A DNA stretch of 60,799 bases, filler included, from Asterionella formosa (taxonomy: Eukaryota), in the NCBI GenBank assembly GCA_002256025.1. It is 11 parts of 11 records of this genome, joined end to end, with 100 filler letters (N's around TTAATTAATTAA, not from the genome) between each part and the next. Parts side by side here need not be neighbours in the genome. Positions count along the whole stretch, not along the records: positions 1 to 5,446 come from NKIB01013062.1; positions 5,547 to 10,992 come from NKIB01013063.1; positions 11,093 to 16,537 come from NKIB01013064.1; 8 more parts are not named here. One strand, 5' to 3'. Every line of letters starts with the position of its first letter. Within the stretch, counting starts at the first letter, position 1. The position numbers were made by a program, and so were the translations under genes. Shown here piece by piece: positions 1-11,949 of this stretch. A model generated the notes under the pieces. It made no database searches and was not told the origin of the DNA. It saw only the letters and a program-made list of their open reading frames with translations.

Positions 1-329
1 TTTTCGCTTTCAACACTTCCATATTTGTAGAAATGTTCAATAGGAAATGTTCAATAGGCAATGTTCAATCATCCTCGCTTTGTTTGCGCTGCTAATAGAC
101 TGAGCCGCCTTGCCCGAAGGCACAGTCAATTTCTTTTTTGCCATAAATTGGATGCATATTATGAGCTGAAAATTGTATACTGGTATGTACTCATGCTCAA
201 GATTAGGGTCGAAGTTTTAAAATTAACAAATCTGCATTTGGGAGGGTCAAACCGTGTTTTTCTCTTGTTCAGTGGGTCACAGCAGTTCCAATTTTTTTTT
301 AGTGGGTCACAGCAGTTTTTTACTGTTTC

Positions 330-590
330 TCTCCATAAAGCTGTGCAGCCCATTTTCAAATAGTATCGTAAGTACATCAACATGCATGCGTTGAGCATTG
401 TCTAAGCATATGTAGTAACAGCATTTAGGTATGACATTATAATGCGGCAGCAAGTACCAGTAAGTCGTGAAACCAACCCCGATTTACTGTCGATTTCGAT
501 CATAATACAGAAATTGTTTATAACTTTCGGTATTCTTTTTAGTAAACAATTTAGGAAAATATACCATCATTGATATAAACGATTACAGAT
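330..590. repeat. Dispersed repeat; inverted homolog at about 29825-30125
   Basis: The reverse complement (...TATAAACAATTTCTGTATTATGATCGAAATCGACAGTAAATCGGGGTTGGTTTCACGAC...ATGCTTAGACAATGCTCA...) aligns colinearly with 29890-30125 on another contig. Confidence 0.85.
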
Positions 591-2644
591 TTGATAGATT
601 TTTAGTTTAAAAAAGTAATCACAAGTTCCCCGGACTAGCCTGTTGTACATTTAGAAACACTGATGTTCAAGGATGGTGTTTACTCCCTTATTGAATGTCA
701 GAGCAGATTCTATAGTGGATAGATTTCTAGCAGAATATCCAAAAGGAAACATGGCATACCCAATCCCAAATTCAGGGCACTTTACACACATGAATGTTAG
801 TCTTTTGATTGGTAAACTCAGAATACACAGCTCAACGACACACCGAATATGCGAAGATGCATATAAGAATTTTTTGGTCCGCTAGCACAAAATTACCTTT
901 GCCTATGATAGCATTCATTGGGAGGCATTTTCAAGTGCATTTGGTAAAAAGACACACCATGAGAACACTATTCTCACAAAATTTATTCATGGCTGGCTGC
1001 CTACGGGGGGCGAGAAAGTTCCTCACGATGAAAGAAACTTCAGAATTTCCATTTGAAAACACAGAACATTTGCTGCTATGTAAGAATTTAAAGGTGATGA
1101 ACAATCAGGCAGAGACAAAAAGTGTCACTAGCTATCTCCCAGCTTCAGAGGGCCAAAGCAGGCAGGGCAGTAGCAACGAATTTTTGGGACTTCCTGAAAT
1201 TTTTGCTCCATAAACAACCCAGTGATTTTCAAATATACTTTGCGCCTCACAGCTCCAACCTTCAGAAACAACGGCTCATTCGCAGCGCTATAAAGGCCCA
1301 GCTCTTAATTGGGAGGATGCTCACCCTGCGCGGGTATCTTTCGACAAAATGGCAGGTTGCGCGCAATAGCGGTCCAAATACTAGAATGAGCAAGGAATAG
1401 TGTAAAACTGTGTGGGATTTAACTGAGTGGTTGAGTTAGTGTCCTGAATATGTTTTTGGGCAAGCGTGTTGTTTGCCTTCTTTTCTGTATGTGTGTTTGT
1501 TTGTTTCATTTTTTGTTTGTAATTTTGTTGAGGCGTATCAAATTGATTCCCGACTTTCCAGTGGTGTGATGTTGTGTGCCAGAAACTCCGGTTGATTGTT
1601 GTTGAAACCTTGGAGTGAATCTGTGCAAGTGTGATGCCTTATTGTGGTGAGTGATGTGCCTGTATTCAGTGATTCAGCTATTGGTATTGAATTTACATCA
1701 TCACTTGATGTTGGAGGACGAGACATGCTGTGGGAAAGGCCTAGGCTCTTTTTATCCCCTTTGTAGGCTAGGAAAAGTGGAGATACAGTTGGGATGATAT
1801 AGACCGGCTCAGTGTGTCAATAAATGATGGCATTGAGAACCGCTCAATTGTGTGGCATCAGGATGTTCCTTATTCCTATCAATTAAAGGTGGTGAATGGT
1901 CGTTCCTGACATTTTGGGAGATGTTCTATGACTACCTATGATAGTCTAATAGAAGGGGATTGAGTGTAGATGTTCTAGCTAGATGAAATTATCCTGAAAA
2001 ATTGGCCTTGGCAGCTAGAAGGCCTGGTCTGCATATGTTAACCCCCTCCTGCCACTTGGCTAATCCTTCAACTTCAACCGTCACAACTGCTTCCTTGCAG
2101 GACTTAAATGTGATGCACATCTTGTTTATTAGCATTTACTTCGGAGCGTGCTCGTCCGCACGTATGTCCTCGTTTGCTTTAGGCTGCCTTACGTCTCACC
2201 AACAAGTATTCCCTTGTGCACCGTATATTAAACCAAAAAAATTAAACTCAGCAATACAATACAATTATGTGTGATACAGTAGAAATTAGCGATAATATTT
2301 GTAACAGCACGGTCCGTCGTTCACATGCATTGGCTGTGCGTTTTCGTTTGAAAAATCAATACCGTGCCAGAATTAAAATGCCCCGTCAACAAGCAGCAGA
2401 TGAAAAGAGGCCTACTACAGGAGACGATCTATAACTTGGGTTACTTGGGTTTAATTATACCAATTACCGTAGAACGACCGTAGTATATCTAGACCTTTCC
2501 AACGAAAACACTCCCATCGCCTCTCAGACGACGGTCACCGTCGCTGCCTCACAAGTCGGCGGGGTCTTGTAGTTGTAGCCTGCGCTGTTGGCAAGGCGAA
2601 AGCGTCGCAACGCTGTCATAAGGAAAAAACTGCGTCGACGGAAT

Positions 2645-3880
2645 ATGAAAGGAAACACGACGGAGAAACGAAGAAACCATTCACCCAGGCGGTCGTCGTC
2701 GCATGCATCGTTACAGGCGCTGACCACTCCCCCGAAGAAAGAAACGTCTCTGTTTCGATGGCGATCCACGACGGGACATCCTAGCGCTGCCGAGAAAGGG
2801 GCCGAAGTGAATAGCTTGCTCCTTCCTTGTCTCGGCATGTTTGTTTTCTACGTATGCCACGACGCACTCCAAGAAGAAATGTTCAGATTTGAGGGATTCG
2901 AATTTGGCTGGTTCATGTCATTGGCAGAAGTATTCATTATGTTGATCGGAGCCTTCCTATCAGAAGGAGTTAAGCTACAGTATCCTCCGGGAGGGTACAA
3001 GACTTGGGGAGCAACTGCCATTATTGGCTTATGTGTTGCGGGAAGTCATGGATTCGGAAATACAGCATTGCGATTCAGCACGTACCCACTCAAGGTTTCG
3101 TTCAAATCTTGCAAGTTAGTGCCAACCATGGCATTTGGTGTGTGTGTCACAGGAAGGCGCCATTCCGTGTTTGAATACGTTTCTGCGTTGATTATGTGCG
3201 CTGGGCTGATGGGATTTACATTGGCAGACGCCACGACGAACTCTGCCCTGGAAACCACCGGTCACGCGGAAAGCAATGCATATATTGGTCCTATTTTACT
3301 GGGGATCTCGGCCTCACTGGATTCGATTGTACCTAATTTGCAAGAGAGAATATTTACGCAAACTAAAGCAAGAACAGTGGATACTATTTTTCTTGCCAAC
3401 TCATTTATGCTGGTCATCCTGACTGTAATAAATGCGATATCTGGCGAGCTCTTTACTGCATGGGATTACTGCCAAGAACATGTAAAAGTGTTTGCAATAC
3501 TGACTCTCCAAGCCGCAAGTGCCTACTGTGGATTGCGGTGTTATTTAACTATTATTAAGGATCATGGGTCCATTGCTGGCGTGTTGCTGGCAAATGCCCG
3601 GAAGGTGGTAACGATCATGTTGAGTTTTTTCCTCTTCGCCAAGCCATGCACACCAATGCATCTTGCAGGGCTGACTCTGATATTCATCGGCGTGTACTTG
3701 GGCCTTTTAGCTAAGCAAAAAAATAAGATTGCTAAGCCGCCAAGCAAAGCAAGTAAACCCAATGCTACCAAGGTCTCCGTGGCACCAGCTTCGAAAGGTT
3801 CGGTCGAGATACCACCTGGGTCAACCAGTAGCATCCTATCATCCATTCAAAACATGATGGGTAAAGATAACGTTGTATAG
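2645..3880 (+). CDS. UAA-family (SLC35B) nucleotide-sugar / PAPS transporter
   Basis: Intronless ORF from ATG 2645 with about 9-10 hydrophobic segments. It has the UAA-family motifs DALQEEMF, ALRFSTYPLKVSFKSCKLVPTM, DSIVPNLQERIF and ARKVVTIMLSFFLFAKP. It resembles SLC35B3/PAPST2 most. Confidence 0.92.
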   Translation: MKGNTTEKRRNHSPRRSSSHASLQALTTPPKKETSLFRWRSTTGHPSAAEKGAEVNSLLLPCLGMFVFYVCHDALQEEMFRFEGFEFGWFMSLAEVFIMLIGAFLSEGVKLQYPPGGYKTWGATAIIGLCVAGSHGFGNTALRFSTYPLKVSFKSCKLVPTMAFGVCVTGRRHSVFEYVSALIMCAGLMGFTLADATTNSALETTGHAESNAYIGPILLGISASLDSIVPNLQERIFTQTKARTVDTIFLANSFMLVILTVINAISGELFTAWDYCQEHVKVFAILTLQAASAYCGLRCYLTIIKDHGSIAGVLLANARKVVTIMLSFFLFAKPCTPMHLAGLTLIFIGVYLGLLAKQKNKIAKPPSKASKPNATKVSVAPASKGSVEIPPGSTSSILSSIQNMMGKDNVV

Positions 3881-4201
3881 AGAAGCACTCATGTGTATGA
3901 TTGCTAGCCAGTCTAGTGGCATCTCCTGCAGGCATTGATACAATGTAGTGTAACGAGAATATGGGCTGCGTGGACGGTCGAGCCGATGAATTCTTGTAAC
4001 CTGGTTTGGGAAATGCCACCAAATTCATCCCCCCTCCCCCAAAAAGCGTCTACGGAACGATGCTCTATTCTAGTTCTTGTTGATGGAAAGTGAAGCCAAA
4101 GCAAAGCTGACCTTGAAGAAAATCAAATGAATCGTTTCCAAAAAGATTCGCCATTTTTTCGTGTTGCTCTGTACATGTCAATCAAATAATCAAAGATCAT
4201 T

Positions 4202-5085
4202 TTAACTTTCCAAAACTTCATTCGCCTTCAAAATTTCTGCCTGCAAGCCAGCTAAAACTTCTCGTCGCTGATCCAGTTGCTCCTCTAAGAGTTCAATGAG
4301 CATCTCCCGTGCTTGATGTTCACGAAACTTGTTGCACTCTTGCAACATGAGAAATGTATTATGAGAGAGCTCATCTCGACGCTTTCTGTGGGGGATTAAT
4401 TAAGTATATTATTCCATGTTGGGGCTCGAGGGAGAGAAAAAACTTACTTATTTTCAACAGGCCGGTGGACCAAATCTTTGACGAGGCCAACGAATCCTTG
4501 AACAACTTCTCTGTTCAGCCTAAGAAAGATGGAAAAGAGCTGAGATTTTGAAATATGAACGAAAGAATCTCAATTATACACTATCTTTCCTTAAGTGACT
4601 TACCTGTTAACATCATCTCTGATCTTTGTTGGATCTTCACAAATGTCTTGAACTTCCACAAGATACGGATCCTAAAATGAAACCCTGGAGTGTTAGGAGC
4701 AGAGTACAGTTTGCCTCTGATAATTTATCGCCACCTTCCCATTCCAATATTATTTTTATAACCCATTGCTTACCTCCACAATCTCTCCAAAGACTGCCAA
4801 AACCTCGCCGTTGTCTTCTTTTCCTTCATGAACTCCGCCTAAGATAGCGTCCGTATTGGGAATGTCTTTTTGCAATCTCAACATTTCCGATTCCTCCCTA
4901 GATTTTTTGGCAGAAGCAGCTGCTCGTTGGGTTCCTCTTCGGAGCAGATCAGTAGGAATCTCAGGTGGTGTCAGCGATGCAAAAGACTTGTAGTAAAAGG
5001 GCGGGGGAGGAAATTCGCTAACAAGCATTTGGGCACTGCCCTGTTGTTCATCTGCCGTTTCGCTGGTTGCTGCTGCTCCTGACAT
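4202..5085 (-). CDS. MED7: Mediator complex subunit 7; exons 5085-4774, 4671-4604, 4519-4448, 4385-4202
   Basis: Manual splicing at three GTAAG...AG introns gives one continuous frame: ...SEFPPPPFYYK...DDVNRLNREVVQGFVGLVKDLVHRP...LQECNKFREHQAREMLIELLEEQ...ES*. The FPxPPxYY and NxxRxHQARExL motifs are MED7 hallmarks. Confidence 0.93.
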
Positions 5086-5446
5086 GTTCGTGTGCTTATT
5101 GCTTGCTGATGAAACCGTAGTAATGTTGATTATAGATGAACCTATGGCTGAGAAAGGGGAATTGAGACCGAGCAACTCGTTCGGACGCAAAATGATTAGT
5201 TAACATCGGATTCAATGAGCCAAGCACTACATACAAATGCTGAACATGCAGATATTACCGGTCAAAGTACTGGTAGATATGGTCTACCGGTGTATTAACC
5301 AATACCGATTTGATACACCGGTATATTTGTAAATAAAAACATCCGGAAAATGCAGGAAAATTGGTTCAAAGTGAAAGGTTATGAGTACAGGTCGTTAAAC
5401 CTTCTTCCAACCAATTTTTGTTATGTTTTCCCTCTCTCCTTGTTCT

Positions 5447-5546
5447 NNNNNNNNNNNNNNNNNNNNNNNNNNNNNNNNNNNNNNNNNNNNTTAATTAATT
5501 AANNNNNNNNNNNNNNNNNNNNNNNNNNNNNNNNNNNNNNNNNNNN
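5447..5546. other. Artificial contig-joining spacer N44-TTAATTAATTAA-N44 (stops in all six frames); identical spacers at 10993-11092, 16538-16637, 22082-22181, 27621-27720, 33156-33255, 38690-38789, 44223-44322, 49752-49851, 55276-55375
   Basis: Ten identical 100-nt spacers. The segments between them never increase in length, going from 5446 down to 5424 bp, as expected for length-sorted contigs. Confidence 0.99.
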
Positions 5547-5919
5547 AAATGTATAGCCGTGTACCCTATAACGTCAGGATTTAACTTCTGCAGAGAAGTG
5601 GCAGATATCCCTCGTAGATTTTTTAAAAAGCTTGATGGCCCCCTTTTTGACTATTTTTTGGATAGTTACGATTCCAAGAGCGATAACTGCCACTTCTCTC
5701 CAGAAATGAGGTCCTTACCGTATCTGTATATAGATCATACCCCTAAGTCGAGGAATGACTGTATCTAAGCATATGCAAAGTGGTCGTATTGGTGAAAGCT
5801 AATTTTACCTTTAACTATTTTATTTCGTTGCTCGTTCTGTGTGCATTGAAGTACATAATAAAATTATTTTGGAAAAAAAAGACCTCGTAATGTGTAACTG
5901 CGCGGGCCGCAGCCTAAAA

Positions 5920-6135
5920 AAACGTCAGTCCATTTCGGTAGGCAAATCTAGTAGGGGCGATTAAAAATGTTGAAGGTATTTTTTCATTCCAAAGACGGAG
6001 CACATGAAATGTGTTAAATATAATTTATATCAATTGCAATCGTTGAATTGAATAATCCAAAGCTGAGCATATGAAATTTACAAAATATGGTATATATGAA
6101 CAACAATTGGTCAGTTCGCATCCAACATGCAACCT
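5920..6135. repeat. Dispersed repeat (probable DNA-transposon end region); inverted homolog at about 18230-18445
   Basis: CAGTCCATTTCGGTAGGCAAATCTAG...ACGGAGCACATGAAATG...GCATCCAACAT is the reverse complement of 18239-18440. The contig-4 copy continues into three ATGGACTGCCG subterminal-type repeats (about 18431, 18484, 18509). Confidence 0.8.
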
Positions 6136-8087
6136 CAACATGCAACCTATGTCGTACCATAATAGGTCAGTGATGATATGAAAAATCACAAATCTATGCT
6201 GTGTCCATATGTACAACTACATACTTGTTACATCTTAGACTAGTCATGTTCAATCTCATGTACATATTTATATATAATGAATTGTGCGCTACCGGGGGTA
6301 GTCATTTGAATGGGAATGGGAACAGCACACATTTCACAAATTACATCTAATGCCCATGTATATTGGCTGGGTAAGTCGCTACGTTGAGATTAAGAATCAT
6401 TATACTGGTACTCTTTGTAGAAGGGCCTATGATGATCTTGTATTTGCGTAGGACTTGTAACATGTATTTCTGTAGGTCTAGCGAAGTATATATTTTACTA
6501 TAGGTCAGGAAAGATAGACAACGATCTCTTTCAAATTTCACTCCGCTTATAACTAATTACCTTATCAATTTGTACATATCAAGTACTCAATGGGGAAGAA
6601 CAAAGTTTGGCTGAAATGACATAAAAATAACAGATCCGTCTTTTTCGTTCCAGTCTACAGTTTGCTTGTCACCTCTCTTTTTTGCGATATTTGCCTTGCT
6701 ACTAAATGCCAATCACCATGGCGCTCATTCTTTTTGATTTTTTCTTGTTGTCGTTGCGTTCATCTGCTTCTTCGACTGGCGACATTCTTTGCTTTGCGTC
6801 AACTCTTTCTTCTTATGTCTATTGGTTAGCGAAGGGTCAATCAAAAAAATCCTAAGGAAAATGGGCAAAAAAGTGAGGTCAGATTCACCTAACTCTAGAA
6901 TACTAAGAACATGAATCATATTCACCATTTGATTCAGAATTACTTGCTTCTTGATAAGAGGGACTATTAGCCAGAGAATTATTGGAGCTTGTGTTTCATT
7001 GGAGGCAGTGACCAAAAGTTTGGGTGCAAGTACTGCATACTTCAGTGTCCTGGACACCCATTGTACACTGCTGTTACTGAATTTACTCCAGGAAAATGGT
7101 GAGATTTTAGTTCTACTGGATGGTGCTTTTTCCAATATTTATGAAGTTCACTATTTCTCTAAATTGAAAACTGAGAAAGTTCTTCACCTTGGAAGAAAAA
7201 TGCGACACCACATTGCTACTATTGGCGACTTCAATTTTTATTGTCAATATTAGTGTCATTAAATTAATTCTTTGAAGATTGTCTTTTCTATGTCATTCTG
7301 GTTGAATGTACCAAATTGCAAAGTGTTGTTCTCAGTTTTCATGGAGAAAATATATGTTATTTTCATCATGGTCAAAACAGAGATTGCATGATGTAGGATT
7401 CTTCAGCTGCTCACAACCACTGCCAGTAGAGTTATGAGGAATAGCTCTTGAGCTTGATAGTAGGTTATCCGGAGTGGAAACTGTACAGGACTGCCTCAAA
7501 CAGCCATAGTCCTACAGTAGCTAGTTACAATGAAGCTACAATAACAATTTCACACCCATCACTGTGCAATGGACTTCGATTGCAAGCTCATCATGACTGA
7601 ACTTCGCCACAATAACGACAACAGGATCAGATGTTTGTTATTATGTTAGTTACGGCAACCTAATGCAGTTTCAGGTTTCAGGTTGCACCCAGCCATACAA
7701 GCAAAAGTGTTGAAAATTCTTCGTCGTAGTATGCAAAAGAATCGCATAATCTTAGCTAAATATTTATATAATCGCGCCAACGAGAGCTACCTCGGGTTGT
7801 ACATGTCCTGTTACCTGATACGGTACCAGGGTACCAGGTACCGGTACCTGGTCAGTTACCCTGAGCATGATTCCAGCGATATGTTGTTGGACAAGTGAGT
7901 CGAAACCCTTTGACAACTTCCGTGTTAAAGTGATGAGCACAGACCGATGAAGATGTGACCTCCCTTGCACTTGAGGAACTATGTGCCAGGTGCCGGTATA
8001 TCTGTCCCACAAAAATTGATTTGAATCTTCGAAGTCATTTTGTCGACTGCAGCTACTTTCTACTCGCCTGTCGACTCACTCACTGCA

Positions 8088-8759
8088 ATGGCCCCATCCA
8101 TCAAGCTCACGTACTTTGAGATTGAAGGTGTTGCCGAATCCGTCCGATTGGCGCTGATTTTGTCTGGAAGTGATTTTGAAGATTACCGCTAGTTTTCTGA
8201 ATGGTCTTCCTTGAAGCCCACCACACCCTATGGACAGCTTCCCCTCATGGTGATAGACGGTGCTCCGGTTCGCACACAATCTGGAGCCATGTTGCGTTGG
8301 GTCGGATGAGCCTTGTCTCCCACACTTTATCCCTCCGACAGACTCTTAGATATTGAAGAGGCAATGGGGATTGTTGAAGATATGGCCAAGAGTTATGAGC
8401 CGTGCACTCTAAATAACTACGCCTAACGTTATGGGTATCCCCAAGGTTTTGGAAAGACTGAAGAGTGTAAAGCCATGGTGGCCGACATGAGAAAAAAGTG
8501 GGTTGAGGAGCAGCTTCCAAAGTATTTGACTTTTCTATCCGATTTGATTGAGAAGAATGACGGAGGCTTCTTGGCATCCAACGAAGCACCTACAATTGCG
8601 GACTTCAAGGCCATTCCAATGTTGCGTTCCTTTACGAGAGGACACATTGACTACATTTCCACAGATTGTCTTGAGGTTACCCCCAAGATTGTCGATTACA
8701 TCAAAAAATTCTGCGCGTTGCAGCCTTTGCAGGGTCGTTACATCAATGGAATCTTCTAG
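8088..8759 (+). pseudogene. Glutathione S-transferase (sigma-like) with three in-frame stops
   Basis: The frame from ATG 8088 reads MAPSIKLTYFEIEGVAESVRLALILSGSDFEDYR*FSEWSSLKPTTPYGQLPLMVIDG...TQSGAMLRWVG*...PTIADF.... Stops are TAG 8190, TGA 8307 and TAA 8424. The GST N-domain motifs (LTYF, PYGQLP, QS) and the C-domain motif (TIAD) are intact. Confidence 0.88.
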
Positions 8760-8834
8760 GGATGCTCTGCAGTATATTTGTATATGTGCAGCCATGTGAA
8801 AATGTGGGTAAACAACTCTCAAACTACTCGATGA

Positions 8835-8996
8835 TGATAGAACTTGTCATCTGACAACTTTGTGCAAGTGCACTTGCCTAGATGAAGTGTTCCTGCAGGA
8901 GGGGATACTGCTATTTGATAGAACTTGTCATCTGACAACTTTGTGCAAGTGTGCTTGCCTAGATGAAGTGTTCCTGCAGGAGGGGATATGGCTATT
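8835..8996. repeat. Direct tandem duplication, 81 bp x2
   Basis: TGATAGAACTTGTCATCTGACAACTTTGTGCAAGTG...GGGGATA starts at 8835 and again at 8916; the copies are nearly identical. Confidence 0.95.
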
Positions 8997-11092
8997 AGAT
9001 GCAATTAATTCCATGCTTCATTTTGATTGCTTTCTTGTTCAATAAAGCGCTAATACCATTAGAGAATCGAAAATTCGGTTTTGTGCTGCTCTTTCTCTCA
9101 CCAGCATCACTATTCTTCAGATGGAAGGTATCTGTCCTTAGCCCAATGGCTATATCCAAGTGTATGCAAATGAGCTCAGATGGCAAAAGCTAAGTGTAGT
9201 TTTAACTATTTATTGTGCATGCTTATAATATACATGTGATTTGCTAGCTACACTACAAATATATTGATTGTCCAACTCCATGTACTTCACCAATGCTTTT
9301 TTGATTATTACTTTTGGCTATCTTGAGCAACATGCAAAACCACGAGGGCTCATTTTCGCCATCACCTATTCTCAACAGACATAAGAGGAAAGATTAGGAA
9401 ATATTTGCAGCAGAAGACCATCCGCTTGCTTTTCTTGGAGTACTACTATGGTAGTATGGTTTGACTTTGCTCAACCTCGAAAGTGAACCTGATGGGACTG
9501 CGAAAGTGCCGGTAGGCACATTGCAATGGAGCCATTTAATATGTGGCAGTCCATTTTGAGTGTACATAAAAAACTTTGCAAAGCATAAGGAACTGCATGT
9601 TCAAATCCTTTACTGACCTTAGTAATGATGGTACTGCCTTGTTTGTATTGTTGCTTTCCCATCAAATATTTGATTGTGAGGGAATGATGCAGGACTTATT
9701 GTAATTTAGCAGCTGCACTCACCCTTCTTCTTTCTTTCTGTTTCTTGAAATTGTCACCTTTGTGAGCTTTAGAAAATTTAAACAAAATTTACATCATCTT
9801 GGTAGAGCACTTCATCCTCTTGGAACTTGAGACAAGTCAGTAGCTACCTATATCTGGTGGAGGAGCACTTCCTCCTGCCTTGCTGCTGCTGTGAAACTAG
9901 AAGGAAAGCCTTTTTATATTTTAAGTCAGTTTTTTCTTCATCCTTTTCCGCATCACTGATGGTGATGTCACAGTCAGTTGTTTTATCATCTTCCTTTGTA
10001 GATGCAAGTTGCTGTCACTAGCGACTACTATCATTAGGTCATTCCAAAATGTCAGCAATGCTTGCAGACAAATCACAACCACTCACTGTGTAGCGGTGTC
10101 AATATATGAGGTTAAGTACATTGAATCTGAGTCATCAGGATCAAGGATCAAGTCATAAATGAATTCAAGAGCAGCTCAAAATCTACTGCTAGGTGCCACC
10201 TCCATCAACTCATGGACAGTTGTGCATCTGCAAATGCTGAACCTCATGTAAATACATTAATCACTACTACTTTGTTTTATCTTTTGAGATATTTATTGGA
10301 AACCAGTGTTGTCTTTTGTGGGTCCATATTCTTGATGAGTATAGTATGAATGCCCCTTATGAAAGAATCTGGATGTTCCATCCCATTGCCTTTGTTCCCC
10401 AATGAACTGCAGAACATCTTGATGAGAAACTTGTATACAATGTTTCTTGCTTGAACTAGTCAGTATGATAACATCCTTGTCAAGTTGCAGCTGAAGTAAG
10501 CCAGTAACCATGTTGTGATTTTCCATCTCCACCATCTTGTCCCATTGGTATTGACGCTGCAGGAAGGTGGAGTCGCAAATTTGCAGCAGATGTGGTTTTT
10601 ACAGCAGTCCTTCACCATATCCAACTAAAAATCACACTATTGATACCGGTAGGGCATGGATTGTGACTTTATGGAAGAGGCAACTCTTCCACTTGTGCAG
10701 TAAAATAACTCATGGTTTAGCCAATGTTGCAGTTGTTGTTGCTCAAAACAGGAACTAGTTTATACTCCTGGCTGGTGTATGTGTTTGTTGGGGAATCACT
10801 CCAGAACTGCCCTGGACTGACCAGTCAAGATCTTTCTATTGCCACTTCTTTGCATATTATTCTGTTAAATGTTTAAATACTGTCTATATCCATTTAGACT
10901 TTCCTCAGACTAGATCAAGCTTCCGGACACTTGTTGACATCAACAGCCTAACAGACGTTTTCTGACATGTTGCTCTACTGCTATGATGGACTNNNNNNNN
11001 NNNNNNNNNNNNNNNNNNNNNNNNNNNNNNNNNNNNTTAATTAATTAANNNNNNNNNNNNNNNNNNNNNNNNNNNNNNNNNNNNNNNNNNNN

Positions 11093-11310
11093 GGGCTCCC
11101 GGCGCAGTATCAGTGCCAGTCTTCGCTACCTCACTGGCTGTATTGGTTGCTGTCTTTTGCTGCTGCGGTTTAATCCAATGGAGCCGTAGTCAATCACAGA
11201 TGAGAAATCAAGTGAAGGGAATCCTTGCTGAGTACATGCCTCTAGATGAAAACAAACCGGTTGATAACTCCATTGGTCTTACTGACGAGGACGAGTCCGA
11301 GTTCACTTAG
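11093..11310 (+). CDS. 3' end of a vacuolar sorting receptor (VSR/BP-80-like), truncated by the contig start
   Basis: A TM helix (VFATSLAVLVAVFCCCGLI) is followed by QMRNQVKGILAEYMPLDE. This matches the VSR cytosolic tail pattern M..E/Q.R/K.I.A.YMPL with its YxxPhi sorting motif. Confidence 0.78.
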
Positions 11311-11540
11311 GCAATTAATTCCTTGTTCTCAGGCCAAGTATTATTGTAACGTCCACAGTGCAGCAACAAGTAGATGCATGTCTTTACAAGGTACCAGGGT
11401 ACTAACTATGGTGTAGATCAATGAATAGACTATTCTCCTGTTTGGACTAGTCTCCTGTTCGTGCACTGGGATATCTATTGTGGAAAACAACGAAATAATG
11501 CCATATACATGTTTCTGCAAGCACGTACAGGACACCGGAG

Positions 11541-11949
11541 TGTTGAAATGGTCCGTACTCCTTCCCGCGGGCTGGGTCTCTCTTCACGTAGACTCTTACG
11601 TGCTCGTGGTACTACCTAGTAGTACCACTTACTTTCTCTCTTGTCTCTGCGTCTAGCCTTCCTACTAGATAGACTAATTGACCTTCCTGTCAATTAACAC
11701 ACTGTTTCCTCGGTTGATAATCTAAAACTCAAATTAAATTATAAGCTAAACTAAATGTTTCCTTTCCATACATCTTTGCTTCCTGCAAAGTCGTTCTAAG
11801 ACTCTCTTCGAGTTTCCACTTAACATTTCCATAGAAATGTTCAATCTTTGATCTCGTTAGACAGCTGATTGACGTGGCAATGCAATATTCGACTTGTTCG
11901 ATTACAATCGAGTCCACAATCTTTGTGACTTGGGCTAATATTCTTGACA
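11541..11949 (-). repeat. 3' LTR of copia element
   Basis: Direct repeat of 15617-16022, preceded on the minus strand by the polypurine tract. Confidence 0.95.

Noticed and set aside
8088..8759. Alternative genetic code or stop-codon readthrough suggested by in-frame stops in GST, KolX and gag
   Set aside because: Intact genes here end at TAG (3880, 57726), TAA (MED7) and TGA (cyclin, 26458). The stops co-occur with frameshifts in neighbouring relics, so decay is the simpler explanation.
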